A DNA stretch of 64,000 bases from Octopus sinensis. Taxonomy: Eukaryota. Both the position numbers and the translations under genes were made by a program. Each line of letters starts with the position of its first letter. Positions within the stretch are counted from its first letter, which is position 1. This document shows, in pieces, positions 1-11,495 of the stretch. Location of the stretch: positions 119,970,001-120,034,000 of the forward strand of contig NC_043000.1 in NCBI RefSeq assembly GCF_006345805.1. Reading direction: 5' to 3'. Below the pieces are notes generated by a model. That model had not been told where the DNA came from, did not search any database, and was given only the letters and a program-made list of their open reading frames with translations.

Positions 1-212
1 CAGACACACACTCACACAAACATACACACTCTCACTACTCTCACAAACATACACACTCTCACTACTCTCTCTCACACACACACACACACACTCTCTCTCT
101 CTCTCTCTTTCTCTCTCACACACTCTTACACAGATGCATACACAGACACGCACACACACACACTCTCTCTCTTTCTCTCTCACACAGATGCATACACAGA
201 CACGCACACACA

Positions 213-249
<37 letters not shown>

Positions 250-310
250 TCTCTCTCTCTTTCTCTCTCACACACTCTCACACAGATGCATACACAGACA
301 CGCACACACA

Positions 311-354
<44 letters not shown>

Positions 355-427
355 CTCTTTCTCTCTCACACACTCTCACAGATGCATACACAGACATGCA
401 CACACACACACACACACTCACACACAC

Positions 428-464
<37 letters not shown>

Positions 465-630
465 TACTCTCTGTCACACAGACATGCATACACAGACTGA
501 CATACAGATGCATGCACACTCACAACCACACACTGAGACAGACAGACACTCTCAGCCAGACAGACACTCTCAGCCAGACAGACACACTCAGCCAGACAGG
601 CACACACACACACACACACACACACACTCT
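1..630. repeat. Compound (CA)n/(CT)n microsatellite and low-complexity tract
   Basis: Alternating cacaca and ctctct runs with recurring 'cagatgcatacacagacacg'. The overlapping ORFs are repeat translations. Confidence 0.95.
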
Positions 631-2029
631 CCCACTATATCTACATACATAATTTCCTCCTGTTGTTCTCTATCTTTATTTTTCTTCACAAGACTTTTAT
701 CATTGTTTTATTCTTATTTTTCTTCATTTGTCACGTTCCTCTCTCATTTTCTATTTTTTTCCTTTCTTTTATTAATATTTTTCTTTCTTTTTATTCATAT
801 TTTTCCATCCTTCTTTATTAACTCTTCAGCTTCTCATTTTTTCTCTTCATTTTTCTATTTCGTTGTCCTTTTTTTCTCTTTCTTTTTTTTCTCACTTTTT
901 GCTTATCTTTTGGACTTTTTTTTATCTCTGAATCCCCACCTCCTCCAGTGCCAACTCTCCTGATGTCTTCCTCCATCCACTAACCTTACCTGCCCCTTAT
1001 TTTTTCATATCTTTCTTCCTCTCCAGTTTGTTGTTGTTGTTGTTGTTCTTCTTCTTCTTCACTCTCTCTCTCCCTCTCTCTAGGTTTATGCATTTTTGTC
1101 TGTCTGAGCCCCCTCTCTCCTCTTTCTATCTCTCTATTTTTCTCACCGCACACACACTCCCTATTGTGCATTCCCTCTCTCTCTCCCCTCAGTCCCCTCC
1201 CTCCCTCTCTCCCTGTCTTTTCTGTATTTCTGTCCCTCTCTAACTCTTTCTCAACTTCTCTCTTTCTCTCTCACTCTCTCTTTCTATATTTCTGTCTCTC
1301 TCTCTTCTCTCTTTGTCTTACTGTTTTTCTACCCTACCCCTCTCTCTTTCTCACTTCTATACCCCCTTACCCCCTCTCTTCCTCCTCACTCTCCTCTTCT
1401 ACTTTATTATTCTTATTCTTCCTACATTTTTATCTCTGCCTTTTCTCTCTTTCTCTCTCCCTTTTCTTTCTTTCTCCCTCTCTCCCTATCTATATTTTTC
1501 CTTATCCCCATACGCCTTACTCTCCCTCTCCACCCCAGCTTTTTTCTGATCTTAGGGAGTTTGGCAAGGTCACCAACGAACAGCATTTTATTCACCTCCA
1601 TCACCATCCCTATCTCTGCCATCATCCTCACCTCCACCTCACCTCCACCACTACCCTCATGACCCTCACCATCGCCATTGCCACCATGACCACTTTCGCC
1701 ATCATTGCCATTGCCACCACCACCATCACCATCATCCTCTCCATCATCGCCGTCATCCCCATAGATTCTATTGCTGACATTGCTTCAGATTAAACCTGCC
1801 ATTCTTCACTAATGCAACAAATGTATTTTGCTGATCTGCTAATCCAGACTGCCATTTGCCTCCTCTCACATCTTGTCAAGAACTTCATCAATATCTTGCA
1901 AAAACCTAAAGTATTTCACAAATCTCTTCTTATAATCACTTACTCGTATGTAGACATGGCTCTTGTTGTTGGGGAACGAAACCAACCTTGTCCTTTCTGC
2001 CTTTGGCTCTCTCTAGTTTTTTGGTCTTT

Positions 2030-2129
2030 GTCTGTCTGTCTCTGTATCCAGCTACCTATCTTTCTATCCGTCTGTCTGTCTATCTACCGTTCTATCTGTC
2101 TGTCTCTGTTTGTCTATCTATCTACCTAC

Positions 2130-2203
<74 letters not shown>

Positions 2204-2330
2204 GTCTGTCTGTCAGTTTATCTAGCATTCTATCTATCTATCTTTCTGTCTGTCTGTCGGTTTATCTAGCATTCTATCTATCTATCTATCTATCTATGTC
2301 TCTCTGTCGGTCTAGCTATCTATCTATCTA
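2030..2330. repeat. (TATC)n/(TGTC)n tetranucleotide microsatellite
   Basis: Long tatctatctatc run; explains the LSIY-repeat ORFs. Confidence 0.95.
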
Positions 2331-2417
2331 TCCTTTTATTCTTTTACTTGTTTCAGTCATTTGCCTGTGGCCATGCTAGAGCACTGCCTTGAATACACAC
2401 ACACACACACACATATA

Positions 2418-2646
2418 ATTAAAATTATAATTTAGGGTATCTAAGAGAAACAACCACGCTGGAAATAGCAGCCAAACCTTGACTCTAAAACCACATTAAA
2501 TGTTCATACAGCACCAGGGGAGAAGACAAAAGGACAAAATAAACTCCTGGTGCTGTATGAACATTTAATGTGGTATTAGAGTCAATATTTGGCTGCTATT
2601 TCCAGCATAGTGGTATCTCTTAGATACCCTAAATTACAATTTTAAT
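2418..2646. repeat. Long inverted repeat (101-bp arms, 27-bp spacer), foldback element
   Basis: 2418-2518 (attaaaattataatttagggtatctaagag...catacagcaccagg) is the near reverse complement of 2546-2646 (cctggtgctgtatg...ctcttagataccctaaattacaattttaat). Confidence 0.9.
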
Positions 2647-2887
2647 AATAATTATTACCTTTGAAGGTTTTTATTCCATGCTGGCCATCTGATAAGATCG
2701 ATATTTAAATAATGACCTTATCCTTATTTATATAAATTTATATATATATATATATAAGCTGGAATGAAATTCTTCTCTGCTGGAATGGATCAATGCAAAA
2801 ATAGACCATTCTGATAGATGTATACATATAAGAGCCATTTTGTCTCTTGGAGCTGGCTTTATTTTATGGATTTTCACTTGTGTACAG

Positions 2888-2919
2888 ACTGGCCTGCAGA
2901 CAGTCACATGCCTATTGAG
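2888..2919 (+). CDS. Possible small internal exon (xWPADSHMPIE), unconfirmed
   Basis: ttttcacttgtgtacag| acceptor and GAG|gtgagt donor, open frame. No homology recognised. Confidence 0.2.
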
Positions 2920-3216
2920 GTGAGTGACTTTATCAGCAACTCACTGCAGCCACTGTGGAATGGCTATGGAGCAAATTAACATTACAGCAATCGTTATATC
3001 TTTGCGACTTTGTTATCGACATCGACACAATGCCACAGCGTAACAAACTCATTTACACTTGGAATTAATAACCGCGAGACATGTAGCTGTCAAAAACTGT
3101 TTCAGTTTTACAACGCCCTGCAGTTTATATCAGTTATATATCATCATCATCGTTGTCACCATCATCAACATCATCATTAGCAAAAAGTTAATTAGGTTAT
3201 GATTTATTTGTGAAAG

Positions 3217-3720
3217 TGGAGGCACGTGGGTTAGTGGTTAGGGTGTCAGCATCATAATCGTAAGATTGTGGTTTCGATTCCTGGACCGGGCGACGCGTTG
3301 TGTTCTTGAGTAAAACACTTCATTTCATGTTGCTCCAGTCAGTCCACTCAGCTGGCAAAAATGAGTAACGCTGCAATGGACTGGCATCCCATCCAGCTGG
3401 GGAACACATATGCCATGGAAACCAGGCCCATGAGCCTGACTAGGCTTTAAAAGGGTGCATTTGTGGAGGCACATGGCTTAGTGGTTAGGGTGTCAGCATC
3501 ATGATCGTAAGATTGTGGTTTCGATTCCTGGACCGGGCGATGCGTTGTGTTCTTGAGCAAAACACTTCATTTCACGTTGCTGCAGTTCACTCAGCTGGCA
3601 AAAATGAATAACGCTGCAATGGACTGGCGTCCCATCCAGCTGGGGAACACATACGCCATAGAAACCGGGAAACTGGGCCTATGAGCCTGGCTAGGCTTTA
3701 AAAGGGTGCATTTATTTATT
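3217..3720 (+). mobile_element. Head-to-tail dimer of a tRNA-derived SINE (family C)
   Basis: Two ~246-bp units (3217-3462 and 3463-3720). Each starts gtggaggcac.tgg.ttagtggttagggtgtcagc (A-box-like) with ggtttcgattcc (B-box-like), then gtgttcttgag.aaaacacttcatttca. Confidence 0.85.
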
Positions 3721-4120
3721 TTTTTATTTGTGAAATACTGTTTTGAACTTGCTTCAGAAAATGGTCAATGTCTGTAATGGTGGTGGGGGTGGAGGAATGT
3801 GGCCTTAGAACCGAAGAGGTGGCAACTTGAAAAAGTTTGGAAACCACTGTGTTACAGGGATAAAAGAAGATGCCTTGTAGTATTTGTTCCAATTCTTTGG
3901 ATTCTGACAGCAATGCTTGTAAGAACACTGATGCCAAACTGCATTATTTCAGTTTGTTGGCTTTCCCTTAGGTAAACACTGGTATCCATCAGATTGTGAA
4001 TGGAATATGCTCTCTTGGTTGGTCAACATAGATCTTGTGTCAGCATGATAGGACAAGGGAGATCACTTCTATAGGAATTAAGAAAATTGAAAATCAAGGG
4101 AAGATAATTTGGTTCCCATA

Positions 4121-4613
4121 TCTGTATATATAAAACTCAACTTGTGTGTCTGTGTGTGTATCTGTGTGTGTGTCTGTGTGTTTAACTTCTTGGCATACAT
4201 CCTCCTAGCCAACAAATCGTAGAACCACCAAAAATGGGTCACTTAAAGTTTAGGCGAATGAAAATTGAACTGCGCTATTTCTGTTCCGAAATTCATCTCA
4301 CAAGTGCAAAAATCGATAATGTGTTTGTTTAGGCCTTATCCCATGCATTGAATAGTGAACTTTTCTCAGTCAGCTGTTTGACGTGAACTGTGTTCACCAC
4401 GCGTGCAAGCATGCGTAAATTGCATGAAAAATAAAAAGCAAGATATAAAAACGAATCGCTGTAAACATTGTAGAAATTCGGCCGGGATGTAGCCTGGACG
4501 GCTTTTTCATATTAATCGTTTGGACTTTGTGAACACATACCAATTGTTTTCATAACATTTTTAACGCTTTGAATTAAATGTGACCATTTTGCAAAGCTGA
4601 GCAATACTGCTAG
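4121..4613 (+). mobile_element. Non-autonomous Helitron-like element
   Basis: Begins A|TCtgtatatataaaact followed by a (TG)n tract and ends ...gcaatactgCTAG|T, matching Helitron 5'-TC/CTRR-3' termini in an AT target. The subterminal hairpin is degenerate. Confidence 0.7.
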
Positions 4614-5040
4614 TCTATTATATAAAATCCATTCTGTCTGTCTGTGTGTGTGTTTGCTAGGATCTCGGGCATCCTCCTTCTAATTGTGCTCAAATTTGAT
4701 ATGTAGATACCGACGGTATCAGGGCGTGTATAAGTCTTGAAAAAATTTTGCTCATCTATATATATAAAACTGTAGTTGTGTGAGTGTCTGTCCCCTTCGA
4801 TTTAGATTCCTAACTACTCCCACATTTGCGGTGCAGTTTAACCAAATTCAGGTATCTTATAGTCGTGATTCATATCGAGCCCGTCTGAGTATTAGCGCGC
4901 GTCTACGATGAGTCTACGATTTAAAAAATAATTTAACATCATTTTTTATTCCATTTTAATGCATAATTTTTCGTGTGTCGATGGCAGCGGAGTTGGCGTC
5001 CATGGTCACACCTGCACCTGTTTGCTTCTCCCCCTTCTTC
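4614..5040 (+). mobile_element. Two further truncated Helitron-like 5' segments (starts 4614 and 4755)
   Basis: TCtattatataaaatcc at 4614 and A|TCtatatatataaaactg at 4755. The 4614 segment matches the copy at 17020 (gatctcgggcatc...gtagataccgacggtatcaggg). Confidence 0.6.
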
Positions 5041-5298
5041 CCTAAAAAGTTAACAACTGAGTAGCAATTAATGACAGTTCAAAATAAATAGAACACCAAT
5101 AAATTCACTACAAAAAATAATCACCACTGAAGGAAGAATTAAACCCCAAAAAGAAAAAAAAATCCATTTTGTTATTTGCTTTTTTAACTGAGTTGTGTCT
5201 TGATTACATTATTATTCACAGTTGCAGCCTGGAAGGTGTTTATAAGCCATTTAAAAACACGCAAAAATCATTAGATTCACTTTCACAGTTAAATTTAA

Positions 5299-5349
5299 TT
5301 TGTCAAAATATTTTCGTCGCTTTGAGACCGCGACCTGTTCACTGACAAA
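5299..5349 (-). ncRNA. Minimal type I hammerhead-like fold with variant core GUGAACA (G3:C8)
   Basis: Minus strand reads tttgtca|GTGAACA|g|gtcgc-ggtctcaaa-gcgac|GAAA|atat|TT|tgacaaa: 7-bp stem I, perfect 5-bp stem II, palindromic helix III. Confidence 0.6.
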
Positions 5350-5368
5350 ATTCCATGCTGCACAGAGC

Positions 5369-5419
5369 TTTGTCAGTGAACAGGTCACGGTTTCAAAGCG
5401 ACGAAAATATTTTGACAAA
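5369..5419 (+). ncRNA. Minimal type I hammerhead-like fold with variant core GUGAACA (mirror copy)
   Basis: tttgtca|GTGAACA|g|gtcac-ggtttcaaa-gcgac|GAAA|atat|TT|tgacaaa; one stem II mismatch. Confidence 0.55.
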
Positions 5420-5490
5420 TTAAATTTAAATGTCGAAGTGAATCTAACGGTTTCTTATATGGCTTATAAACACCTTCCATGCTGCAAGTG

Positions 5491-5544
<54 letters not shown>

Positions 5545-6080
5545 TTTAACCGTCAAAGTGAATCTAATAGTTTTTGTGTGTTTTTAAATGGCTTATTAAC
5601 ACCTTCCACGCTGTTTTTCTTTCAGCACACGATCTCTGATTAGGTCACTTGCTATGCAAGTACATCTCCATAATATTATTATTTCCCGTTGTTTAAAGGA
5701 CTTAATAAAACTAAACCATAGATACCTTATCAACAAAAAATAACATACTCCCATACCCCTAATATCAACCTTTAACAATTTATTAAACTAAAAATTATTA
5801 TAAACTGCTTTCACCTCCTATTAAAAGGAAACAATATGAAAACCTTATTAGCATGTTCACCTCTACATGTACCTCTGGTGGCTCATTGCAAACTTCACAC
5901 CTGCTTATGCTCCACTGGTGGTACATTTTCATAACGTGATAAAATATTTTATTCTGTATCTTTGACACGGTTTCGAGAATATTTAAATAACACAAGTGCT
6001 AAATATTAAATTTTAATTATGAAATATTGTAAAAACTCAAAAAGGAAAAAAAAATATCACGTTTCCTTGTAATTAAACAG

Positions 6081-6114
6081 TATACAGTGTTATCAGAAAT
6101 ACAGGACATCACCA
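6081..6114 (+). CDS. Possible small internal exon (YTVLSEIQDIT), unconfirmed
   Basis: tttccttgtaattaaacag| acceptor and CA|gtaagt donor, open frame. Confidence 0.2.
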
Positions 6115-6290
6115 GTAAGTTCCAGCAACAGGTTGTGGCAGTTAACATGTTGATATCCCTGTAGTTTATAAGTAGAGTCAATAAGGAGAGTGAAAATCAG
6201 TGGAGAAAAGCTGCCAATGGCCTGGGTTCCCTCGGGAGTGGAGGGATTAATCCCTTAGCTTTCACATTCTTCTGTCAAAGATACTACTTA

Positions 6291-6510
6291 TTTACTCTTT
6301 TACTCATTTCAGTCATTTGGCTGCGGCCATGCTGGAGCACTGCCTTTAGTTAAGCAAATCGACCCCACGACTTATTCTTTGTAAGCTTAATACTTATTCT
6401 ATTTGTCTCTTTTGCCGAACCGCTTAGATACAGGGACGTAAACACACCAGCATCAGTTGTCAAGCGATGTTGGGGGACAAACACAGACATACACACACAC
6501 ACACACACAC

Positions 6511-6559
<49 letters not shown>

Positions 6560-6725
6560 CATATATATGACGGGCTTCTTTCAGTTTCCATCTTCCAAAT
6601 CCACTCACAAGGCTTTGGTCGGCCCGAGGCTATAGTAGAAGACACTTGCTCAAGGTGCCACGCAGTGGGACTGAACCTGCAACCATGTGGTTGGTAAGCA
6701 AGCTACTTACCACACAGCCAGTCCT
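6291..6725 (-). mobile_element. tRNA-derived SINE family A (octopus-type), near full length
   Basis: Reverse of a head ggctgtgtggtaagtagcttgcttaccaaccacatggtt..., body, (TA)n/(TG)n, and tail ...gactgaaatgagtaaaagagtaaa. Many copies in the window. Confidence 0.9.
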
Positions 6726-6765
6726 ACACATTGTTTTTTGTTTTTTTCTTTAAAGCATTTGCTCA

Positions 6766-7075
6766 TTACAAGGTCCTTAGACCACTGGAAATGTAGAAGC
6801 TACTAGTGTAAAATGGACGCTGGACAGAAGTCAATAGGTGACGATGGATGTTAGACTTAAAAGACTGGACAAGGTCATATTGAAGAGGAAAACAAGACTG
6901 TGGAAGGGAATTCCAGTATTCAGAGGTACGAGGGAAGAAACTGGTATTGTAAAGCACTTTACAACACTTAGGAGGTTACACAGTATACTGATGAGAACTG
7001 GATGCGAGTCTGGTTGATCACTAAAGGAAGAATCACAGAAATGAACAATGTCCATGAAAATATGTATAGAAAAGA
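6766..7075 (-). mobile_element. CR1/L2-group LINE 3' fragment
   Basis: ORF 6766-6957 SFFPRTSEYWNSLPQSCFPLQYDLVQSFKSNIHRHL matches the typical CR1-group ORF2 C-terminus (SFFPRT..LWNSLP..FKS.V.RHL). Confidence 0.8.
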
Positions 7076-7183
7076 GACAAGGAATACAGTTCTATATTTA
7101 AGAGATGAGGAATTATGTACATTATTTACATTGTTTATATTATTTACATTTGATGGATATTTGTCCTCATCTTGTTTGTTGTT

Positions 7184-7229
7184 AACATAACGTTTCGGCT
7201 GATATACCCTCCAGCCCTCATCAGGTGCC
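7184..7229 (-). ncRNA. Minimal type I hammerhead motif inside SINE F
   Basis: ggcac|CTGATGA|g|ggctg-gagggtatat-cagcc|GAAA|cg|TT|atgtt: intact core and 5-bp stem II, stem I mismatched at the first pair. Confidence 0.6.
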
Positions 7230-7280
7230 TTGGGGAAATTTCGAACCTGGGTTCTCATTCCTAAAGTATTTTTCGATGTT

Positions 7281-7680
7281 CGAGCTGGCAGAAACATTAG
7301 CATGCTGGGCAAAATGCGTAGCTGTATTTCGTCTGCCGTTATGTTCTGAGTTCAAATTCTGCCATGGTCGACTTTGCCTTTCATCCTTTCGGGATCAATA
7401 AATTAACTACCAGTTACACACTGGGTCGATATAATTGACTTAATCTGTTTGTCTGTCCTTGTTTGTCCTCTCTGTGTTTAGCCTCTTGTGGGTAGTAAAC
7501 AAATAGGTATTTCGTCTGCCACTACATTCTGAGTTCAAATTCCGCCGAGGTCAACTTTGCCTTTCCTCCTTTTGGGGTTGATAAATTAAGTACTGGTGAA
7601 ATACTGGGGTCGAAGTAATTGACTATATTCTTCCCCCAAATTTCAGGCCTTGTGCCTATAGTAGAAAGGATTATTATTAT
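7281..7680 (+). mobile_element. SINE family B with internal duplication
   Basis: gagctggcagaaacattagc...ctgagttcaaatt...gactttgcctttcatcctttcggg.tc.ataaatta; the central block occurs twice. Confidence 0.85.
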
Positions 7681-8399
7681 TATTATCATCATTATTCAGC
7701 TCACTGCTTGGAATCAAACTCAGAATCTTGGGGTTAGTAACCCATGCTCTTAACCCCTACGCCATATGGCATAGGGGTTAAGGGCCAGTTTGAACATAAA
7801 ACAGGTGGAATATTTTTGCTGGATTTGGCCAGTTTAAATGTTAAGGGGTTAAGTAAGAAAAGTAAATTAGGGTATTCTTTTCTGAATGTGATCCAGAGTA
7901 TCTCTGTGTAGAAGCAGCGACAGAGACATCCTGAATTTTCAGATGTGAGAGCAGGACTATATTGTGGGCCCTACCTGAAATTTATAGTGTATCAGCAATT
8001 GTTGGGAGCTATATAATTCTTGGGGACCGTATAATTGTTGCGGGGTGGTCCATTTCCATTGATTATTGATTGATCAATCACCATTACCGTTTCAGTCTTA
8101 GTCCATCATCACTCATTGCTCATTAGTCAGCATATTCACTACTTTGTCATTTATCTAGTTTCGTTCAATGCTGATTGGTCAGTTACCCTCAAAACTTCAT
8201 TCTTTCTTCATCCTCACTCATTTTTTATTGGTCAATATCTTTACTGTAACAATATTTTTTTTATTTGTTCTGCTTTCTATCTTTTGATTGGTCATTTCAT
8301 ACCACCGCCACCACCACCACCATCCTCTTCACTATTCATCAAACACCTGAATATATTGTCTTACACATAATGTAAGTTTCATTTTTTGCCTTTTGTTGT

Positions 8400-9150
8400 T
8401 GCCACCAGCAACACCTATTCTGTGGGTGTCTATCATCTACATTCTGATTGAGACTTCTGGTTATCATCATCATCTTCTCTTCCTCCCCCCTCCCCTTCTC
8501 CTTCTCCTCCGCCCTCGCTGCTGTTATAGCTTCTCTTTTTCCTTTTCCTCCTTTTCTTCCTCATGCATCTCCTCTTTCCATCTACTTCTTTCTCCTCCTG
8601 CACCTGCCCTCCTCATGCACTTGCCCACCTCCTCCTCTTCCTCCTTGTGATTGTTTCCCTCCTCCTCCTCCCCCTCCTCATCATCCACCTTTCACCCCGT
8701 CCTCTTCTTTCTCCTCTTGCACCTGCTCTCCTCTTCCTCCTTGTCATTGCCACTGTCCACCTCTTCTGCCTCCTCCTCCTCCCCTTCCTCATCATCATCC
8801 TGTTCCTGTTCCTCCTCCTCGTCCTCATATTCTTCTTCCTCCTCATCATCATCATCATTGTCTTGTTCCTCCTCCTCGTCTCTCTGCACCTGCTTCTCCT
8901 CTTCCTGTTCCTCCTCATCTTGTCCCTCTTCCAGTTCAACCTTCCCTTCTCCCCCTCTCCCCTTCACCCCCACTCGCCATCATTGCAGCCTCCCCACATT
9001 CCACTCTTTCTCTGGTTTCCTTTATCCTCCTCTTTGCCATTGCCTCACTCAGAGCTGTCAGTGTTATTGTTGTTCCCCTCCACCACCATCTCTCCCCCAT
9101 ATCCCCCTCCAAATTACACACCTTCCCTTCATTCTCTGTTGATTGCAATT
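8400..9150. repeat. (CCT)/(CTT)/(CAT) low-complexity tract
   Basis: Pyrimidine-rich trinucleotide runs; poly-S/P/L/E ORFs appear in several frames. Confidence 0.9.
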
Positions 9151-9399
9151 TTCTGACACCTGTACAGTGATATCTAACATTTGCTCTAACAGCAACAATA
9201 ATAGTAGCAGCAGCAGTAGTAGATGTAGTGGTAATAGTGGTGGTGAGGGTAGTGGTAGTAGTAGCAGCAGCAGTAGTAGTCTGTAGGTTTTAAAAACTGG
9301 ACAATAAACTAGCTCAACAGATGGCGCTGGTAGGTAGGCACAAATTGACTGAATTCTTTCATCTCTTTCCTTCTCCCACCCTCTCACTACTTTCTCTCC

Positions 9400-9780
9400 C
9401 TTGTCCTTTCTCTCCCTTGTCCTTTCTCTCCCTCTCCCACTTGTCCTTCCTCTCCCTCTGACCCCTGTCCTTCCTCTCCCTCTCTCTCCTATCCTTCCTC
9501 TCCTTCTCACTCTTGTCCTTCCTCTCCCTCTCGTCCTTCCTCTCCCTCTCACTCTCGTCCTCCCTCTCCCTTGTACTTCCTTTCCCTCTTTCCCCTGTCC
9601 TTCTCCCTCTCACACTTGTCCTTCCTCTCCCTCACACTTGTCTTTTTTCTCCCTCTCACACTTGTCTTTTCTGTCCCTCTTCCTCTCGTCCTCCCTCTCC
9701 CTCTCACTCTTGTCCTTTCTCTCCCTCTATCCTCTCACCCTTTCACTCCTATCTCCTTCCCTGTACTCTCTCTCTCCCTC
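9400..9780. repeat. Degenerate pyrimidine minisatellite (cttgtccttcctctccct-like unit)
   Basis: Repeated cttgtcc(t/c)t(t/c)ctctccct motifs. Confidence 0.85.
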
Positions 9781-11179
9781 TCTCAGGATTTCCTATATGT
9801 AACACACACACACACTGTGTGTGTAAATTAAATAATATCACAGACAAAAGATATCCCAATCAGGTTTCACACCAGAATAAAGCATGGACCATGATAGCCC
9901 TCTGCTATCCCTTGGGACAGCTGTGCGTGTATGTGTACATGTATATGTGTGTGCATTTGCATGTATGTGGTTGTACGCTTGCAAGTGAGTGTGTGTGTGT
10001 GTGTGTGTGTGTGCATGTCTGTATCACCTTTTGTCCATATACGTTTGTATAATTGTAAGCACATGAGTGTATGTATATCTGTTTTGCGTGTTTATATAAC
10101 AAGATTTGCACAAAGTTGCGTGTGTGTGTGTGGTGTCTGTGTGCATTTATATAACTATGTTAGTGTATCTGTCTGTGTATGTGTGTCTGGGTTTGTATGC
10201 TTGCGTGCTGTTGTATTTATTTCAATGTGTACACAACCAAATGTGTGTGTGTGTGTGCATCATTTCTGTGTGTAATTACAATGATACACACGCATAATGA
10301 TTGCTTCATCTTGTCAGCTTCCAAATGAATAATGAGACATCTGTATGTTGTCAGATTGAAGCGACAAATGCTTGGACAACACTTTTGCCGCTGTTCCAGT
10401 GGCAAGCATTGCAAGAAGAGTGACTCCATTTTGACTTTGGCTGCAAGTTTTATGCCAGAGAATTTTTCTGCCTTTCCCATGGCGTAGTAGAGAAAGATAG
10501 GACCTCCTTAGTCACTGGGGAATCTATTTAACACATAGATGGGACCCTGATAGGTACTACTGTTCTGGGTCAGAACGGTCCTAGAAATAACGATAGTTAA
10601 GGGGTGTCTCTTGGCTCCCTACAACTCCAGATATTCCCAGCTGTAGCCCCACCACCGTCCATCCATCCATACATACATATCTGTAATTGTTGGGGCACTT
10701 GGATATGTAACACACTGCCTAAATACCAATCTTGAGAAATTAGGCTTCTCAAAACCAGAGAAGAAAAAGCTAATTTGAAGACTACAGATCTAAACTATAG
10801 ATATCTGTGAAACTTTCCATAAGTTTATCATTTAAATATATATGAGCTTGTCTAGATACATAACTACGTGCATGGGAATACATACATACATACATACATA
10901 CCCTGTTGTTGATGTTGAAATTCCAATGGAGGAGTCTTGGATCTCGGTTAGAAACTGGCTCTTTCTCTATTGGCAAGAAATCTTGAAATAAAACTGAACA
11001 ATGTCATACATGAATGCATGTGTACCAGTGGTGTATGGTAGTTGTTTTGTTGGGTGTGCTGTCACATCCAGTGCCGCCAAATTTCAAGCAGGCATGTGAC
11101 AAAAGTTTTCCGTTAAGATTTGTGATTAAATTGAGTAAGGCTCATATTTATAATGAATTTGCCATTTTCAGTGGGTATG

Positions 11180-11495
11180 CAGCACACACCTAGCACACCC
11201 AGAATATACACCCCTGATACATACATACATAAATGCATGCATGTGTGCATGCATTCATACATACATGCATGCATACATACATGCATGCATGCATGCATAC
11301 ATACATACATACATGCATGCATACATAGATATATACATAGATGCACACATACATACCTGCATACATACATGCATGCATACATACCTGCACACATAATACA
11401 TATCTGCATACATACATACCTGCATACATACATGCATACATACATTCATGCATACATACAAATATGCATACATGCATATGTACATGCATGCACAC
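11180..11495. repeat. (ATAC)/(ATGC)n compound microsatellite
   Basis: catacatacatgcatgcat repeats. Confidence 0.9.

Larger units (their letters stand above)
5222..5487. repeat. Long inverted repeat (arms 5222-5349 and 5369-5487), with a third partial arm at 5538-5613
   Basis: ttgcagcctggaaggtgtttataagcc...cactgacaaa mirrored by tttgtcagtg...ggcttataaacaccttccatgctgcaa; adjacent (TA)n. Confidence 0.92.
7087..7768 (-). mobile_element. tRNA-headed SINE family F carrying a hammerhead motif, split by a nested family B SINE
   Basis: Head at ~7690-7768 and body at 7087-7280 match the uninterrupted copy at 18523-18770. Confidence 0.8.

Noticed and set aside
134-2379. Long ORFs (172-225 aa) at the window start
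   Set aside because: Translations of CA/CT/TATC microsatellites in multiple overlapping frames; no domain-like sequence.
8393-9802. Poly-Ser/Pro/Glu/Arg ORFs up to 240 aa
   Set aside because: Low-complexity trinucleotide tracts open on both strands; no splice or homology support.
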